The notes: a model not told the origin generated them from the sequence alone. A stretch of 33,271 nt of DNA from Alphaproteobacteria bacterium (GCA_023259875.1 JALRFL010000082.1:1-33271), one strand, 5' to 3'. Shown: positions 18,352 to 28,347, counted from the stretch's first letter. Numbers and translations: made by a program.

Positions 18352-18373
18352 GCTATAAGCATTAAAATCCATC

Positions 18374-18408
18374 CAGAATCACACTGACTTTCCAAAAGTC
18401 TGATTTTG
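18374..18408 (+). terminator. Candidate stem-loop downstream of fdxA (CAGAATCA ... TGATTTTG, 8 bp including one G.U), followed by a T-rich sequence
   Basis: Read directly from the sequence. The structure is weak, with an asymmetric interior. Confidence 0.2.
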
Positions 18409-18592
18409 TGGTATTATTACTCTTAGATGATTGTGTGTTTAGGCATAATGCAGGCTATACGCCCGCGTTTTCACTAAACATGAAAGATAACTTTGAAAAT
18501 GTGATCATGATTCATTCGTCTTATGCCATGTTTCAAATGCGAAACAGGATGATGATGTGATTGGTCATTTTCATTGAGAAACGGGAAGATTA

Positions 18593-19105
18593 ATGGCTGC
18601 GAAAGAAAAGAAAGCAATCGTTGAGTTTAACGCCAATGATTTTGTGGTTTATCCTACCCATGGGGTGGGGCGTATTTTGGGAACGGAAACACAGACCATC
18701 GCTGGGTTTAAAATGGATGTTCTGATTGTCCGGTTTGAACAAGACCGGATGACCTTGCGCGTGCCACTGGAAAAGGCGCGTAGCCTTGGGTTGAGAACGC
18801 TATCTTCAAAAAAACAAATGGAAGAAGCGATCACCACCCTAAAGGGCAAGGCCAAATCACGCCGGGATATGTGGTCAAAACGCGCTAAGGTATATGATGA
18901 TAAAATTCGGTCAGGTGACCCGGTTTCTATTGCCGAAGTCGTGCGTGATTTGCGTCGCCGCGAAAACCAGACGGAACAGTCTTACAGCGAAAGGCAAATG
19001 TATCAGGCGGCACTTGAACGGCTGGCTAGAGAATTCGCCGCTATTGAACAAATTGACCAGTCTGCCGCGGCAGATAAACTGGAACATTTGATGGATGCGG
19101 CCTAA
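18593..19105 (+). CDS. carD: CarD-family (CdnL-like) RNA polymerase-binding transcription factor
   Basis: 170 aa. The N-terminal Tudor-like region (FVVYPTHGVGRILG) and the C-terminal helical domain are typical of CarD/CdnL. There is a GGGAAG SD. Confidence 0.88.
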   Translation: MAAKEKKAIVEFNANDFVVYPTHGVGRILGTETQTIAGFKMDVLIVRFEQDRMTLRVPLEKARSLGLRTLSSKKQMEEAITTLKGKAKSRRDMWSKRAKVYDDKIRSGDPVSIAEVVRDLRRRENQTEQSYSERQMYQAALERLAREFAAIEQIDQSAAADKLEHLMDAA

Positions 19106-19111
19106 ACTATT

Positions 19112-19148
19112 GATATCGGGTGGCATCATTGTGATCTCACCCGATGTC
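19112..19148 (+). terminator. Stem-loop downstream of carD: 11 bp including one G.U (GATATCGGGTG ... CACCCGATGTC) with a 15 nt loop
   Basis: Read directly from the sequence. A T8 run lies about 20 nt downstream rather than adjacent. Confidence 0.3.
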
Positions 19149-19160
19149 TTGTCATATTGG

Positions 19161-19252
19161 CAGAGGTAATTTTTTTTAGAAATTAGACTTGATCTTGTTT
19201 TTTAATGAACTAATTCCTTAAATGAATAAATAAAATAAAATTTATAATTTAG
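19161..19252 (+). promoter_or_regulatory. Extremely AT-rich upstream region of rpoH containing several promoter-like hexamers
   Basis: About 17% G+C by hand count. Contains TTGTTT (19195-19200), a 17 nt spacer and TTAAAT (19218-19223). Also contains CTTGAT (19188-19193), resembling a sigma-32 -35 box, and TATAAT (19243-19248). Confidence 0.35.
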
Positions 19253-20146
19253 GTGCAGGAAATGAGTGAAAGTGTAAATCGCGACGCGATTAACTATGAT
19301 AATCAGTTTATTCGCCGCGTTATGCGAGAAGACCTCCTTGAGCGTCAAGAAGAACTCGAACTTGCCATAGCTTGGCGTGATCATCAGGATGAACGCGCTC
19401 TGCACCGTCTGGTCATGGCTTACTCTCGCCTTGTGGTCAGTGTCGCTTCTAAATTCCGCCATTATGGCCTGCCTGTTGGTGATCTGATCCAAGAGGGCAA
19501 TATCGGCATTATGCAGGCGGCTAATCGCTTTGATCCTGATCGCGAAGTCCGGTTTTCAACCTATTCCGTGTGGTGGATTAGGGCGTCTATTCAGGATTAT
19601 GTGTTGCGGAACTGGTCGATTGTCCGCACCGGAACAACCTCTGCCCATAAATCCTTGTTTTTTAAGCTTCGCCGTCTGCGCGCCCGCATTGGTGAGGCGG
19701 ATGGCGGCGCATTGACCACCGATGGCCGTGAACAGATCGCGCAAAGCATTGGTGTGTCCGTCAATGATGTTCAGCATATGGAAATGCGGATGTCTGGCGC
19801 AGATGCGTCCCTTAATGCGATGGTAGGCGAGAACAGCGATAATTCTATCCAAGATTTTCTGGTTGATGACAGACCAAATCCTGAACAATCTGCCATGATG
19901 GCGACCGATGCTGTGACATTGTCGTCGTGGCTGAAAGACGCACTTGATGACCTAAGCGACCGGGAAAGATTGATTATTCAGCGGCGGCGTCTTGAAGAAG
20001 AAGGATCAACCCTAGAACAGCTGGGTTTTGACTTTGGTGTCAGCAAAGAACGGATCCGCCAATTAGAGGCCAGAGCCTTTAACAAAATTCGGGATAATCT
20101 AGAAAGACGCGTGGCAAATATCAGCGATTTGCCATTCATGGCCTAG
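19253..20146 (+). CDS. rpoH: RNA polymerase sigma-32 (heat-shock sigma factor RpoH)
   Basis: 297 aa with region 2 (LIQEGNIGIMQAANRFDP), an RpoH-box-like HKSLFFKLRRLR and region 4 (ERIRQLEARAF). The start is either GTG 19253 or ATG 19262. Confidence 0.92.
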   Translation: MQEMSESVNRDAINYDNQFIRRVMREDLLERQEELELAIAWRDHQDERALHRLVMAYSRLVVSVASKFRHYGLPVGDLIQEGNIGIMQAANRFDPDREVRFSTYSVWWIRASIQDYVLRNWSIVRTGTTSAHKSLFFKLRRLRARIGEADGGALTTDGREQIAQSIGVSVNDVQHMEMRMSGADASLNAMVGENSDNSIQDFLVDDRPNPEQSAMMATDAVTLSSWLKDALDDLSDRERLIIQRRRLEEEGSTLEQLGFDFGVSKERIRQLEARAFNKIRDNLERRVANISDLPFMA

Positions 20147-20159
20147 ACAGAAATCATCA

Positions 20160-21110
20160 ATGCGTTCATCTGATAATTTTGATCGCCTTCATCCCCCTAT
20201 CACACCTTTTGCTAGGCATCGCATAGACACGGGCGATGGCCACAACCTTTATGTTGAGGAATGTGGCAACCCAAAGGGTATTCCCGTTATATTTCTTCAT
20301 GGTGGCCCGGGGTCAGGCATTTCCGCTATGCACCGGCGGATGTTTGATCCGGCGCGGTTTCGCGCCATCTTGTTTGATCAGCGCGGATCAGGGCAATCGC
20401 GTCCCTTTGCCTCGGTCATCAATAACACCACCGATCACCTTGTGGCGGATATGGAACGCATTCGCAACACGCTTGGCATTGAAAAATGGTTGGTGTTTGG
20501 CGGATCATGGGGGGCTACGCTAGCGCTGGTTTATGGCATCCGCCATGCAGGGCAATGTTTAGGATTTATCCTGCGCGGTGTGTTTATGGGCACAAAGGGG
20601 GAAATTGACTGGTTTCTCTATGATATGAAGCGGTTTTATCCAGAAGCGTGGCAACGCTTTGCCAATTTTATTCCCATAGAGGAAAGGCAGGATTTGCTGA
20701 CGGCCTATACCAGCCGATTGATGGGTGAAGATGCGAATGTTGCCATGGCGGCGGCGGAAAGCTGGTCTGCTTATGAAAACTCTTGCGCTACCCTCAAGGC
20801 TGAAATGCGCGGTGGTGGTGGCCGCATGGCGCTAAGTCTGGCTAGGATGGAAGCGCATTATTTTTGTCATGATTGCTTTCTGCCTGATCATTATATCATG
20901 GATCATATTGACCGCCTTAATGGTATTCCTGCGGAGATTATTCAGGGCAGGCATGATGTCATCTGTCCTCCATTTTCGGCCCATATGCTAGCAGAACGTT
21001 GGCAAAGCGCGGATATTACCTTTGTTGATGATGCTGGTCATTCGGCGTTTGAGCCAGGAATTCTGTCACATTTGCTAGCTGGTCTTGAGCGCGTCTCGCG
21101 GTCGGTTTAA
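20160..21110 (+). CDS. pip: Prolyl aminopeptidase (proline iminopeptidase), alpha/beta hydrolase
   Basis: 316 aa with HGGPG, the nucleophile elbow GGSWGATLAL and a C-terminal His context (DDAGHSAFEPG). It starts 13 nt after the rpoH stop. Confidence 0.88.
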   Translation: MRSSDNFDRLHPPITPFARHRIDTGDGHNLYVEECGNPKGIPVIFLHGGPGSGISAMHRRMFDPARFRAILFDQRGSGQSRPFASVINNTTDHLVADMERIRNTLGIEKWLVFGGSWGATLALVYGIRHAGQCLGFILRGVFMGTKGEIDWFLYDMKRFYPEAWQRFANFIPIEERQDLLTAYTSRLMGEDANVAMAAAESWSAYENSCATLKAEMRGGGGRMALSLARMEAHYFCHDCFLPDHYIMDHIDRLNGIPAEIIQGRHDVICPPFSAHMLAERWQSADITFVDDAGHSAFEPGILSHLLAGLERVSRSV

Positions 21111-21236
21111 GGCATGGCGACCAATCATCTGTTGCCGCAATGGCGATGAGGGTTGAGTTTTAATGGCATGCAAGCAATACTAATTGGGCTAAGACATCCA
21201 AAAAACGACAAACGCAAATAGTGAGGCGGATCAACC

Positions 21237-21704
21237 ATGGGTAACAAAGCAGGCTCAACGGAAACAAGCCGCGTTTTTGGTGTCACTAACAATAATGCCA
21301 TTGATATCCATGTTGGCAGGCAAATCCGCTTGCAACGAACTCTGCTTGGGCTAAGCCAAGAGCAATTGGCGCAAGGGTTATCAATCACCTTTCAGCAGAT
21401 ACAGAAATATGAACGCGGCGCTAACCGCGTCAGTGCGTCAAGATTGTGGGATATCAGCCAGATACTTGAGGTGGATATTAGTTATTTTTTCAACAATATG
21501 TCCTCATCCACCAAATCAAGTTCGCCGCGCCAAGTGGCTTTGGCCGAAGATAAGTTTGATGTGGAAGTGCCAGAAAAAGATACCCTGATGCGGCGCGAAA
21601 CCCTAGAGCTTGTTCGCCATTACTACCGGATTGAGGACGGACAAATCAGAAAAAGGGTATCAGAAATGGTGAAATCCATCTCTCAGGCCATGACAGGCCG
21701 CTAA
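21237..21704 (+). CDS. XRE-family helix-turn-helix transcriptional regulator (PhrR/PraR-like)
   Basis: 155 aa. GRQIRLQRTLLGLSQEQLAQGLSITFQQIQKYERGANRVSASRLWDISQILEVDISYFF matches the alphaproteobacterial PhrR/PraR-type HTH as I remember it. Confidence 0.8.
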   Translation: MGNKAGSTETSRVFGVTNNNAIDIHVGRQIRLQRTLLGLSQEQLAQGLSITFQQIQKYERGANRVSASRLWDISQILEVDISYFFNNMSSSTKSSSPRQVALAEDKFDVEVPEKDTLMRRETLELVRHYYRIEDGQIRKRVSEMVKSISQAMTGR

Positions 21705-21799
21705 GCCGCTCTGTGGCTACCCCAACAAGGTATTCGGATGATGGATGGATAATGCGATATGAAAACTGAAGCGGAACAAACAGAACAAAGGAAGTGGCT

Positions 21800-22045
21800 A
21801 TGGCAAATGAAGCCGAAAAGATGAGCTTTGAAGAAGCCTTAAAAGAATTGGAAACAATCGTTGAAAAACTTGAACGCGGTGATGTCTCCCTAGATGACGC
21901 GGTGATGGCTTATGAACGCGGCACCGAGCTGAAACAGCATTGTCAAAAAAGGCTGGATGAGGCCAAGATGCGTGTTGAAGCCATCCGCGCTAAAAAGGCC
22001 AGCTCTGTTGCCGAGGATACCGCGCCTTTTGATCAGGATAGTTAG
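21800..22045 (+). CDS. xseB: Exodeoxyribonuclease VII small subunit
   Basis: FEEALKELETIVEKLERGDVSLDDAVMAYERGTELKQHC is typical of XseB. I prefer ATG 21800 (AGGA SD 7 nt upstream) over the ORF-track GTG at 21794. Confidence 0.88.
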   Translation: MANEAEKMSFEEALKELETIVEKLERGDVSLDDAVMAYERGTELKQHCQKRLDEAKMRVEAIRAKKASSVAEDTAPFDQDS

Positions 22046-22063
22046 TTAGCAGGAGTAACCGAA

Positions 22064-23014
22064 ATGGCTTCTGATCAGCCGCCTAAGCTGGGCGAGGATG
22101 AGTTGTCGCAACATATCGGTGCGATGGCGTTGCAAACAGATACCCTTCTGGATGCCATATTCACAGATTATACAAACCATCACGCCTCTGAGCGCCTAGT
22201 TGAGGCCATGGCCTATGCCACCCTTAATGGCGGTAAGCGCATTCGCGCCTATCTTGTTTATGGTGGCGCAGGGGTGATCAATGGCCAAAACGACCAAGCC
22301 CCTCAACATGGCATTGCCAGAGTAGCCGCCGCCTTTGAATGTCTTCATGCCTATTCGCTGATCCATGATGATTTGCCGGCTATGGATGATGCCGCAACGC
22401 GGCGCGGCAAACCGTCTTGTCATTTGGCCTATGACGAAGCCACAGCCATTCTGGCAGGGGATGCGTTGCAGACGCTGGCTTTTGCCGTGCTGGCCGACCC
22501 TGATACTCATCAAGATGACAGGATACGCGCGGATCTGGTGCTTGAACTGGCAAGCGCGGCAGGATGTGCAGGAATGGCCGGTGGGCAGATGCTTGACCTT
22601 GAGGCAGAGACAAGGCGCTTCAGCCAGTCTGAAACCATGCAAATGCAGGCGCTGAAAACGGGGGCTTTGATCACCTCATCGGTGGTGGCAGGCGGGCGGT
22701 TTGCCGGGGCAGATCAGGCTAGCCTAACGCAATTACGGACTTATGGTCAGGCGGTTGGGCAGGCGTTTCAAATCGCTGATGATTTGCTGGATGCTGAAGG
22801 GGATGAAGCCATAGTCGGCAAACCCCTAGGCCAAGATGATTGGCGCGGCAAGGCAACGCTTGTGGCGCATCTAGGGCTTGATGCTGCAAGGAAAGAGGCT
22901 GAAAGGCAGGTGCGACTGGCAAAAGAGGCGCTAGGGCGCATCCCCAACTCTGCCCCCCTTTGGCTGGCGCGATTGACCGCCTTGGCTGATTTTATTATTA
23001 CCCGAAAGGCTTGA
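22064..23014 (+). CDS. ispA: (2E,6E)-farnesyl diphosphate synthase / geranyltranstransferase
   Basis: 316 aa with the first and second Asp-rich motifs (LIHDDLPAMDD, FQIADDLLD). There is an AGGAG SD. It sits in the conserved xseB-ispA-dxs order. Confidence 0.9.
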   Translation: MASDQPPKLGEDELSQHIGAMALQTDTLLDAIFTDYTNHHASERLVEAMAYATLNGGKRIRAYLVYGGAGVINGQNDQAPQHGIARVAAAFECLHAYSLIHDDLPAMDDAATRRGKPSCHLAYDEATAILAGDALQTLAFAVLADPDTHQDDRIRADLVLELASAAGCAGMAGGQMLDLEAETRRFSQSETMQMQALKTGALITSSVVAGGRFAGADQASLTQLRTYGQAVGQAFQIADDLLDAEGDEAIVGKPLGQDDWRGKATLVAHLGLDAARKEAERQVRLAKEALGRIPNSAPLWLARLTALADFIITRKA

Positions 23015-23063
23015 TTTTTCTTTATTTTGATAAAGATAGAGATTAGATGATTACCTAAAGACA

Positions 23064-25019
23064 ATGACCACAAGCGAAACACCAGATAAAGATCAACCCA
23101 TGCCCACACCCCTTCTGGATCAGATCAATACCCCTCAAGACATGAAGCATCTGTCAAAGCAGGAATTGCGGCAGTTAGCGGATGAATTGCGAGCTGAGAC
23201 CATTTCGGCGGTATCCCGTACGGGTGGGCATTTGGGCGCTGGGCTTGGGGTTGTTGAGCTGACGGTGGCTTTGCATCATGTTTTTGATACCCCTCATGAT
23301 CGCTTGATCTGGGATGTTGGGCATCAGGCCTATCCGCATAAGATTTTGACCGGACGGCGTGACCGGATACGCACCCTGCGCCAGCCAGGGGGATTGTCTG
23401 GTTTCACTAAGCGCGACGAATCCCCCTATGATCCTTTCGGGGCGGCGCATTCCTCCACCTCAATTTCAGCAGGATTAGGGATGGCGGTAGCTCGTGATCA
23501 TCTTGGCGGAAAAAATCATGTCATTTCGGTCATTGGCGATGGTGCTATGAGCGCTGGCATGGCCTATGAGGCGATGAATAACGCTGGTGATCTGAAAACA
23601 CGCATGATTGTTATCTTGAATGATAATGATATGTCGATTGCGCCTGCGGTTGGGGCTATGAGTTCGTATCTTAGCCAATTGATTTCTTCTGAACGCTTTC
23701 TTTCTATTCGCCATTTGGCCAAAAAGGTGGCAAAACGCTTCCCAGAAGAAGCCCAGCGTACCGCCAAACGCGCCGAAGAAATGGCACGCGGTTTGGTCGG
23801 TGGCAGCACGCTTTTTTCACAATTAGGGTTCTATTATTTAGGGCCGGTTGATGGTCATGATCTCAATCAACTGGTGCCAATCCTAAACAACCTGCGTGAC
23901 AATTCGCATGAAGGCCCTGTGTTGCTCCATGTTCGTACCGAAAAGGGGCGCGGTCACCCCTTTGGCAAAGAAAGTGGTGAGAAATATCACGCGGTGCCGC
24001 GTTTTGATCTGGTGGGTGAAAACGATAGTAAGCCCATAGGTAATCGCCCACCTAGTTACACCTCGGTGTTTGCCCAGCAACTGATAGCAGAAGCCGAACA
24101 GGATAAGCGGATTATTGGCATCACCGCCGCCATGCCATCAGGCACAGGCATGGATAAGTTTGCTGAGCGTTTCCCCGGGCGCAGTTATGATGTTGGTATT
24201 GCAGAACAGCACGCGGTCACCTTTGCCGCTGGGCTGGCCGCCGAAGGCTTAAAACCCTTTACCGCGATTTATTCCACCTTTCTTCAGCGCGGTTATGATC
24301 AGGTGGTGCATGATGTGGCCTTGCAAAAACTGCCTGTGCGCTTTGCCATTGATCGGGCAGGATTGGTTGGCGCGGATGGGGCTACTCATGTTGGGGCTTA
24401 TGATATGGCCTATCTGTCTGCCTTACCAAATATGGTGGTCATGGCCCCCTCGGATGAGGCAGAGTTAGCGGCGATGGTATCAACCGCCGCCGCCCTAGAT
24501 GATAGGCCGTCAGCGTTTCGCTATCCGCGCGGCGAAGGCACAGGCGTTCCTATCCCCGAACAGGTGTCTCCGCTAGAAATTGGGCGTGGGCGCATCTTGC
24601 GCGAAGGCAATAGCATTGCCCTGTTGTCTGTGGGAACAAGACTGGGGGATTGCCTCAAGGTTGCGGATCATCTTAAGGCGCATGGCATGACGATCACTGT
24701 GGCTGATGCTCGTTTTGTGAAACCTCTTGATCATGATCTGATCACGCGGCTTGCCACAGAGCATGACATGTTGGTGACGATTGAAGAAGGCAGTGTTGGC
24801 GGCTTTGGCTCACAAGTGGCGCAATTCCTAGCCAATCAAGGCCTCTTGGATCGGGGTTTGAAACTCCGCATGCTGACTTTGCCAGATGAAATGATTGATC
24901 ATAACACGCAAGAAGCACAGCTGGCACAAGCAGGTCTTGACGCGGCAGGGATCCTTGCCGCTATCTCCCCTTGTATTGACGACAAGACGGCCACAGCGGT
25001 GGCAGGGTGGCATGGCTAA
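23064..25019 (+). CDS. dxs: 1-deoxy-D-xylulose-5-phosphate synthase
   Basis: 651 aa with the ThDP motif [18 protein letters not shown], plus [16 protein letters not shown] and [15 protein letters not shown]. An alternative start at ATG 23100 is possible. Confidence 0.96.
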   Translation: MTTSETPDKDQPMPTPLLDQINTPQDMKHLSKQELRQLADELRAETISAVSRTGGHLGAGLGVVELTVALHHVFDTPHDRLIWDVGHQAYPHKILTGRRDRIRTLRQPGGLSGFTKRDESPYDPFGAAHSSTSISAGLGMAVARDHLGGKNHVISVIGDGAMSAGMAYEAMNNAGDLKTRMIVILNDNDMSIAPAVGAMSSYLSQLISSERFLSIRHLAKKVAKRFPEEAQRTAKRAEEMARGLVGGSTLFSQLGFYYLGPVDGHDLNQLVPILNNLRDNSHEGPVLLHVRTEKGRGHPFGKESGEKYHAVPRFDLVGENDSKPIGNRPPSYTSVFAQQLIAEAEQDKRIIGITAAMPSGTGMDKFAERFPGRSYDVGIAEQHAVTFAAGLAAEGLKPFTAIYSTFLQRGYDQVVHDVALQKLPVRFAIDRAGLVGADGATHVGAYDMAYLSALPNMVVMAPSDEAELAAMVSTAAALDDRPSAFRYPRGEGTGVPIPEQVSPLEIGRGRILREGNSIALLSVGTRLGDCLKVADHLKAHGMTITVADARFVKPLDHDLITRLATEHDMLVTIEEGSVGGFGSQVAQFLANQGLLDRGLKLRMLTLPDEMIDHNTQEAQLAQAGLDAAGILAAISPCIDDKTATAVAGWHG

Positions 25020-25782
25020 TTCGGCCAAAGAACGACTTGATATCCTTCTGTTTCAGCGCGGTCTCGCAGACAGCCGCGAAAAAGCACAAGCCTTGATTAT
25101 GGCTGGGCTAGTGTATTCAGGTGATCAAAACCTGACCAAAGCCGGTCACAAATTGGATCAATCGGCCGAATTGAGGGTAAAGGGCAAGGATCATCCCTAT
25201 GTTTCTCGTGGCGGTGTGAAACTGGCTGGCGGGCTTGATCACTTTACCGATATTGACCCAAAAGGGGCGGTTGCCATTGATGTTGGCGCCAGCACAGGCG
25301 GATTTACCGATGTTCTCTTACGCCGAGGGGCAAGCCGGGTTTATGCTGTTGATGTCGGGCATGGTCAGCTGGATTGGGCCTTGCGCCAAGATGAACGCGT
25401 GGTGGTGTTGGAAAAGACAAATGCTCGGTATCTGACGGCTCAGGAAATACCTGAACCCGCTGATCTGGTGGTATGTGATGCGTCATTTATCTCGCTTACG
25501 AAAGTTCTGCCCAGCAGCCTTGCCTTGGTTCGCCCGGGGGGCTGGCTGGTGGCGTTGATTAAACCACAATTTGAGGTTGGTCGAGGGCAAGTGGGTAAGG
25601 GCGGTGTGGTTCGTGACCCGATCCTGCATCAGGAAGTCCAAGATCATATTGCTGCGTGGCTTAGGGATGATTTGGGCTGGCAAGTGCAAGGGGTGGTGGA
25701 ATCAAGCATCACCGGCCCTGAAGGCAATCGCGAGTTTATTATTGCCGCCAGAAAACCCCCAAAGCCCCCAGTGAATGACTAG
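25012..25782 (+). CDS. tlyA: TlyA-family rRNA (cytidine-2'-O)-methyltransferase (S4 domain plus FtsJ-like methyltransferase)
   Basis: [26 protein letters not shown] is an S4-like N-terminus, and [11 protein letters not shown] is the SAM motif. The ATG at 25012 overlaps the dxs stop by 8 nt. The ORF-track start at 24895 lies inside dxs and I rejected it. Confidence 0.87.
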   Translation: MANSAKERLDILLFQRGLADSREKAQALIMAGLVYSGDQNLTKAGHKLDQSAELRVKGKDHPYVSRGGVKLAGGLDHFTDIDPKGAVAIDVGASTGGFTDVLLRRGASRVYAVDVGHGQLDWALRQDERVVVLEKTNARYLTAQEIPEPADLVVCDASFISLTKVLPSSLALVRPGGWLVALIKPQFEVGRGQVGKGGVVRDPILHQEVQDHIAAWLRDDLGWQVQGVVESSITGPEGNREFIIAARKPPKPPVND

Positions 25783-26873
25783 GAAGAGATAGGCCCACAT
25801 TGAGCGATATGTTGCATCAGCATATCCGTCAGTACAGCAGCCATCATAGCCTCACCAATAGGAACAGCACGAATACCAACGCAAGGATCATGGCGACCTT
25901 TGGTCGTGACCTCAATTTCTTCGCCATCACTAGTGATGCTTGGGCGAGGGGTGAGAATTGAGCTAGTTGGCTTCACCACAAAGCGCACCACCAGAGGCTG
26001 ACCCGTGGAAATGCCGCCAAGCACGCCGCCAGCGTGATTGCTGGCAAACACAGGCTTGCCATTGGCATCAATGCGCATGGCATCACCAGCGGCACTGCCG
26101 GGAAGGCTAGCTGTGGCAAAGCCTGATCCGATCTCAACACCCTTAACGGCGTTAATGCTCATCATCGCGTTGGCAAGTTGGGCATCGAGTTTATTATAAA
26201 TCGGGCCGCCTAATCCTGCTGGCACACCATCAGCCACAATTTCAATCACCGCGCCGACCGAAGACCCGTTTTTGCGTGTTTCATCTAGGTAAGCTTCCCA
26301 AACAGGGACAATGGCTTCATCCGGGCTAAAGAAGGGGTTTTTATCACAGGCGTTCCAGTTCCAGTTGTCGCGATCAATGCTATGCTCACCGATCTGAACC
26401 ACCGCCCCGCGAATGATAAGATCAGGCACATGATGGCGTAGCACTTTATGGGCAATCGCCCCTGCGGCAACGCGGCTTGCGGTTTCGCGCGCCGAAGACC
26501 TGCCGCCACCACGATAATCCCTGATGCCATATTTGCTGTCATAGGTGAAATCCGCGTGACCCGGGCGATATTGTTTAGCAATATCAGAATAATCTTTTGA
26601 GCGTTGATCAGTATTTTCGATCAAAATAGCAATAGGTGTGCCAGTCGTCTTGCCCTCAAACACCCCCGATAGAATCCGAACTTTGTCATCTTCGCGGCGT
26701 TGGGTCACAAAGCGCGAAGTGCCAGGTTTGCGCCGATCCATAAAGGGTTGGATATCGGTTTCATCCAGAGACAGAAGCGGCGGCACCCCATCAACCACAC
26801 ATCCAATGGCCGGGCCATGACTTTCACCAAATGTCGTAAAGCGAAAAAGCGTGCCGAAGCTGTTATCAGCCAT
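25779..26873 (-). CDS. aroC: Chorismate synthase
   Basis: [29 protein letters not shown] plus the RPGHAD and GRHDPCV motifs. The ATG at 26873 gives 364 aa and overlaps the fabI stop by 8 nt. Confidence 0.95.
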   Translation of the reverse strand: MADNSFGTLFRFTTFGESHGPAIGCVVDGVPPLLSLDETDIQPFMDRRKPGTSRFVTQRREDDKVRILSGVFEGKTTGTPIAILIENTDQRSKDYSDIAKQYRPGHADFTYDSKYGIRDYRGGGRSSARETASRVAAGAIAHKVLRHHVPDLIIRGAVVQIGEHSIDRDNWNWNACDKNPFFSPDEAIVPVWEAYLDETRKNGSSVGAVIEIVADGVPAGLGGPIYNKLDAQLANAMMSINAVKGVEIGSGFATASLPGSAAGDAMRIDANGKPVFASNHAGGVLGGISTGQPLVVRFVVKPTSSILTPRPSITSDGEEIEVTTKGRHDPCVGIRAVPIGEAMMAAVLTDMLMQHIAQCGPISS

Positions 26874-27690
26874 GCGGTTGATCCACGGATATATCTGGTG
26901 CATCGACCGCTTTCATGCCGACCACATGATAGCCGCAATCGACATGATGGGTTTCACCAGTGACCCCACTAGCAAGATCAGATAACAGATAAACCCCTGC
27001 GCCGCCGATATCTTCAAGCGATACATTGCGTTTTAACGGGGCGTTAAAGGCATTCCATTTCAAAATATAACGGAAATCACCAATCCCAGACGCGGCCAGA
27101 GTCTTAACAGGCCCTGCGGATAGGCTGTTGACGCGGATATTGCGTGAGCCTAGATCAACCGCCAGATAGCGCACCGATGCCTCTAAGGCCGCCTTTGCCA
27201 CCCCCATCACATTATAATGTGGCATCACCCGTTCTGCCCCATAATAGGTCAGGGTGATGATTGAGCCCCCATCATTCAGCATATGTTCCGCCCTGCGCGT
27301 CACCGCGGTCAGGGAATAAACAGAAATATCCATGGTGCGGGTAAAGTTATCGCGTGTTGTGCTGTAATAATTGCCTTTGAGTTCTTCTTTGTCAGAATAA
27401 GCAATGGCATGGACAATAAAATCCAGTTTTCCCCATTTTTTCTCAATCTCATTAAACAGGCGATCTATGTCTTCATCGCTGGTGACATCGCATGGCAGAA
27501 CGAGTTGAGAATTTACGCTAGCCGCCAAGGGTTTAACCCGTTTTTCCAAGGCGTCGCCTTGAAAGGTAAAGGCGAGTTCCGCGCCGGCATCATGCGCGGC
27601 TTTGGCAATTCCCCATGCGATTGACCGATCATTCGCAACGCCCATGATGAGCCCGCGTTTGCCTTTAAGGATATCGTGATACTGTGCCAT
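26866..27690 (-). CDS. fabI: Enoyl-[acyl-carrier-protein] reductase (NADH), FabI
   Basis: 274 aa with [23 protein letters not shown], and the catalytic Tyr/Lys region [22 protein letters not shown]. Confidence 0.95.
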   Translation of the reverse strand: MAQYHDILKGKRGLIMGVANDRSIAWGIAKAAHDAGAELAFTFQGDALEKRVKPLAASVNSQLVLPCDVTSDEDIDRLFNEIEKKWGKLDFIVHAIAYSDKEELKGNYYSTTRDNFTRTMDISVYSLTAVTRRAEHMLNDGGSIITLTYYGAERVMPHYNVMGVAKAALEASVRYLAVDLGSRNIRVNSLSAGPVKTLAASGIGDFRYILKWNAFNAPLKRNVSLEDIGGAGVYLLSDLASGVTGETHHVDCGYHVVGMKAVDAPDISVDQPHG

Positions 27691-27739
27691 TGTTTTCTAT
27701 TTCTTATGTTTAAAAAATACTATTAACACCATCATAGCA

Positions 27740-27769
27740 ATCAGGCCCTTGTAAAGACAAGAGCCTGAT
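27740..27769 (-). terminator. Strong hairpin (12 bp with one mismatch, 4 nt loop) 24 nt downstream of the YcfJ-like gene stop
   Basis: ATCAGGCCCTTGT-AAAG-ACAAGAGCCTGAT, read directly from the sequence. There is no adjacent T-tract on the minus strand, so intrinsic termination is plausible but unproven. Confidence 0.4.
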
Positions 27770-27792
27770 GAAAAAGAATAGATGATTTCTTG

Positions 27793-28347
27793 TTATCGTA
27801 AGCTGTATGTGGTCTTGCGGTTAAGGTAAATTTGATCACCAGCGCGATAGGATCGGTTAGAATCCAAAGTAATGCTGCGGCCATCGACCATAACCTCTAT
27901 CCGGTATCCCGTGACGGTCTCAATCAGGTCTTCGCGGATTGTTGTGATATTCTCACACACATTCTTTTCTTGATAACCAACGATTTGCTGATTAGCGGCG
28001 TTATTTTTGCTCGCGATATCGCGGCCAATCAACGCCCCAGCGACAGCCCCAACCGTCCCTGCGCCATCTTTGCTGGTGAGGCCATTACCAACGGCACTGC
28101 CAATTAATCCGCCAACAATCATGCTGCCCAATTCATCAGATTGCTTTCCAGATTGCGCGTAAATCGGTACATTTTCCACGCGGCAAACGCGTTGTGGCAC
28201 TTGAGTTTCTTGAACATAGGTAGATTTGAGCGTTTCCACATAACCAACTGTTCCAACAACACTGTCAACGGAAGTGGTGGACCCTGCTACAGCAATGCTT
28301 GGAATAGCCAGAGCAAGAGAGAGGAGTGATGCGTAAAGGGGTCTCAT
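27793..28347 (-). CDS. Secreted glycine-zipper protein, YcfJ-like (Rick_17kDa_Anti / glycine zipper 2TM type)
   Basis: Has a signal peptide (MRPLYASLLSLALAIPSIAVA|GS) and a glycine zipper (GGLIGSAVGNG...GAVAGALIG) flanked by two Cys, the same architecture as E. coli YcfJ. I prefer ATG 28347 with a GGAGG SD 6 nt upstream; the ORF-track TTG at 28359 lies inside that SD. Confidence 0.7.
   Translation of the reverse strand: MRPLYASLLSLALAIPSIAVAGSTTSVDSVVGTVGYVETLKSTYVQETQVPQRVCRVENVPIYAQSGKQSDELGSMIVGGLIGSAVGNGLTSKDGAGTVGAVAGALIGRDIASKNNAANQQIVGYQEKNVCENITTIREDLIETVTGYRIEVMVDGRSITLDSNRSYRAGDQIYLNRKTTYSLR

Noticed and set aside
18480-18560. 26-codon Met-rich upstream ORF (MKDNFENVIMIHSSYAMFQMRNRMMM) in the 241 nt fdxA-carD intergenic region, which could be read as a leader peptide
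   Set aside because: It has no Shine-Dalgarno upstream and no attenuator-type alternative hairpins that I could find. The downstream gene (carD) has no link to Met metabolism. The ATG richness probably reflects AT-rich non-coding sequence. It would only be worth revisiting if ribosome profiling shows occupancy.
19202-19492. 96 aa minus-strand ORF spanning the AT-rich rpoH upstream region and the 5' end of rpoH
   Set aside because: It is antisense to the well-supported rpoH CDS. The part outside rpoH is simply AT-rich DNA that gives Lys/Asn/Phe/Ile codons, and it has no SD.
24895-25011. Upstream extension of the tlyA ORF (track start 24895), and likewise the upstream extensions for aroC (26903), pdxH (28492), the DMGDH-like gene (TTG 29324) and the YcfJ-like gene (TTG 28359)
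   Set aside because: The extensions run through the preceding gene or through the gene's own Shine-Dalgarno sequence, and they add residues that do not look homologous. Internal ATGs with well-spaced SDs give proteins of canonical length and canonical N-termini.
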